Below the pieces are notes generated by a model. The model searched no databases and was not told the DNA's origin. It saw only the letters and a list, made by a program, of their open reading frames with translations. Both the position numbers and the translations under genes were made by a program. A stretch of 49,873 bases of DNA from Planctomycetota bacterium (GTDB lineage Bacteria > Planctomycetota > SZUA-567 > H5-PLA8), in contig JBBRPR010000061.1 of assembly GCA_038227875.1 (NCBI GenBank), forward strand, positions 1 to 49,873, written 5' to 3'. Shown one piece after another: positions 48,520-49,873 of this stretch; the first letter of the stretch is position 1; each line of letters begins with the position of its first letter.

Positions 48520-49656
48520 ATGCGAACCTTGCTTGTATTGCTGGTGCTCTGCTCCAGTCTTGCCCTGCGCGCGGAAGAAACCAAATCCGCCGTCCCGGCC
48601 GGGCCGCCCAAGCCCTTGATTCAAATGGCCATTCTGCTCGACACCAGCAACAGCATGGATGGGCTGATTGATCAAGCCCGGGGCCAGCTCTGGAAAGTTG
48701 TCAACGAATTCATTACCGCGACGCGCAACGGCGCAAAGCCGGAATTGCAGGTCGCACTGTACGAGTATGGCAAGCCCACGCTCGGAGCAAACACCGGCTA
48801 CATCCGCCAGATTCTGCCGTTCACCACGGATCTCGATAAAGTTTCGCAGGAACTCTTTGCATTGCGCACCAACGGTGGCGACGAATACTGCGGCTGGGTG
48901 ATCAAAACCGCGTGCGAACAACTGGCATGGAGTCCCGCGCCAAAGGATTTGAAGGTCATCTTCATCGCCGGCAACGAACCCTTCACGCAAGGCCCTGTCG
49001 ACTTCCGCGACTCCTGCAAGAACGCCATCGCCAAGGGCATCATCGTCAACACGATCCACTGCGGGCCTTACGACACCGGCATTCAGGACAAATGGCAGGA
49101 GGGCGCGCTGCTGGCCGACGGCAAGTATTCGTGCATCGAGCAGGACAAGCGCATCGTCCATATTGACGCGCCGCAAGACAAGGAGATCGTCGAACTCAAC
49201 GGACAGCTCAACAAGACTTACATCGCCTACGGCGCCGAGGGCAAAAAGGCCCAGGAAAACCAGGTCGCGCAAGATGGCAACGCAGCCAAGCAGGATACGG
49301 GATCAATGTCCTCGCGCGCCGCCTCCAAAGCTTCGGACTATTACAGGAATTCGAGCTGGGATCTGGTCGATGCCATGAAAGACAGCAGCAAGAAAGTGGA
49401 AGAGCTTACGCCCGAAGAACTCCCGGAAGAAATGAAGAAGATGAGCGTGGAGGAACGGAAAGCATTCGTCGACTCGAAAGTGAAGGAACGTGCCGGGATT
49501 CAACAGAAGATCCTGAAGCTGAACGACGCGCGCACTCAGTATGTCAACGAAGAGCTGAAAAAGCGTGGCGAAACGAAGGACGACTCGCTGGAAAAGGTAA
49601 TGAGCAAAGCCGTGCATGAACAGGCTGAAAAACGGGATTTTGAATTCAAGAAGTAA
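48520..49656 (+). CDS. Secreted von Willebrand factor A domain protein
   Basis: Signal peptide ..LRA-EETK; MIDAS DTSNSM; TNGGDE; IAGNE; AGAGGAG RBS. Confidence 0.92.
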   Translation: MRTLLVLLVLCSSLALRAEETKSAVPAGPPKPLIQMAILLDTSNSMDGLIDQARGQLWKVVNEFITATRNGAKPELQVALYEYGKPTLGANTGYIRQILPFTTDLDKVSQELFALRTNGGDEYCGWVIKTACEQLAWSPAPKDLKVIFIAGNEPFTQGPVDFRDSCKNAIAKGIIVNTIHCGPYDTGIQDKWQEGALLADGKYSCIEQDKRIVHIDAPQDKEIVELNGQLNKTYIAYGAEGKKAQENQVAQDGNAAKQDTGSMSSRAASKASDYYRNSSWDLVDAMKDSSKKVEELTPEELPEEMKKMSVEERKAFVDSKVKERAGIQQKILKLNDARTQYVNEELKKRGETKDDSLEKVMSKAVHEQAEKRDFEFKK

Positions 49657-49684
49657 CGAACAGCTATTTACGCCGAAATTCTCA

Positions 49685-49714
49685 GCGAAACGCCACTCAG
49701 TAGAGGCGTTTCGC
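49685..49714. terminator. Hairpin between the convergent vWA gene and tRNA
   Basis: GCGAAACGCC-10 nt-GGCGTTTCGC. Confidence 0.7.
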
Positions 49715-49736
49715 GTCGTCGGGCAAATGCAAATAA

Positions 49737-49810
49737 TGGGCGCTAAGGGACTCGAACCCCTGACCTCGTGGGTGTGATCCACGCGCTCTAACCAGCTGAG
49801 CTAAGCGCCC
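49737..49810 (-). tRNA. tRNA-Val(CAC)
   Basis: GGGCGCTTAGCTCAGCTGGTTAGAGCG..CGTGG-ATCACAC-CCACG..GGTTCGAGTCCC..AGCGCCCA; CCA not encoded. Confidence 0.95.
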
Positions 49811-49873
49811 TGAAGTTCCCTTAAACTATCCGCTTCGGTTCGATCAGTCAAGTTTACCCGATCTTGCACACAA

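Noticed and set aside
49737..49810. tRNA as att site of an integrated element
   Set aside because: No duplicated tRNA 3' end or integrase noticed in the window.

Overview
High-GC bacterial chromosomal segment, most likely Planctomycetota (inferred from three ECF sigma factors fused to transmembrane and extracytoplasmic domains, a non-catalytic FGE-domain protein, REP-like hairpins and a family of small 'RRWFRFHL' membrane proteins). It runs from the left end of an IS630-type element (1-140) to tRNA-Val(CAC) (49737-49810). It encodes a Rieske oxygenase/AraC pair, several secreted carbohydrate-active proteins (beta-helix, GH16-SGNH, alpha/beta hydrolase), a GH15-like enzyme, a GT87-like/FGE/double-GT4 cluster, a GAF-GAF-PAS adenylate cyclase and a vWA protein. 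Best candidates for new biology: (1) a 37-47.7 kb block where an ECF sigma/beta-helix sensor fusion and the downstream giant CBM6/Ig surface-protein gene share the upstream motif CAAATT-N3-GGAAC-N11/12-CGTGGCCAT; (2) an unnamed ~140-150 aa C-terminal domain shared by two otherwise unrelated secreted proteins (possible sorting domain); (3) tandem cassettes of 2-TM proteins with conserved ends and variable loops; (4) a DUF4240 gene flanked by an 86-bp duplication of a neighbour's promoter, RBS and first codons; (5) a Pro-x-x-(x)-Asp-Phe C-terminus on two ECF fusions. Several genes carry single stops or frameshifts (pseudogenes or assembly errors). All family calls come from motif recognition by eye; no searches were run.
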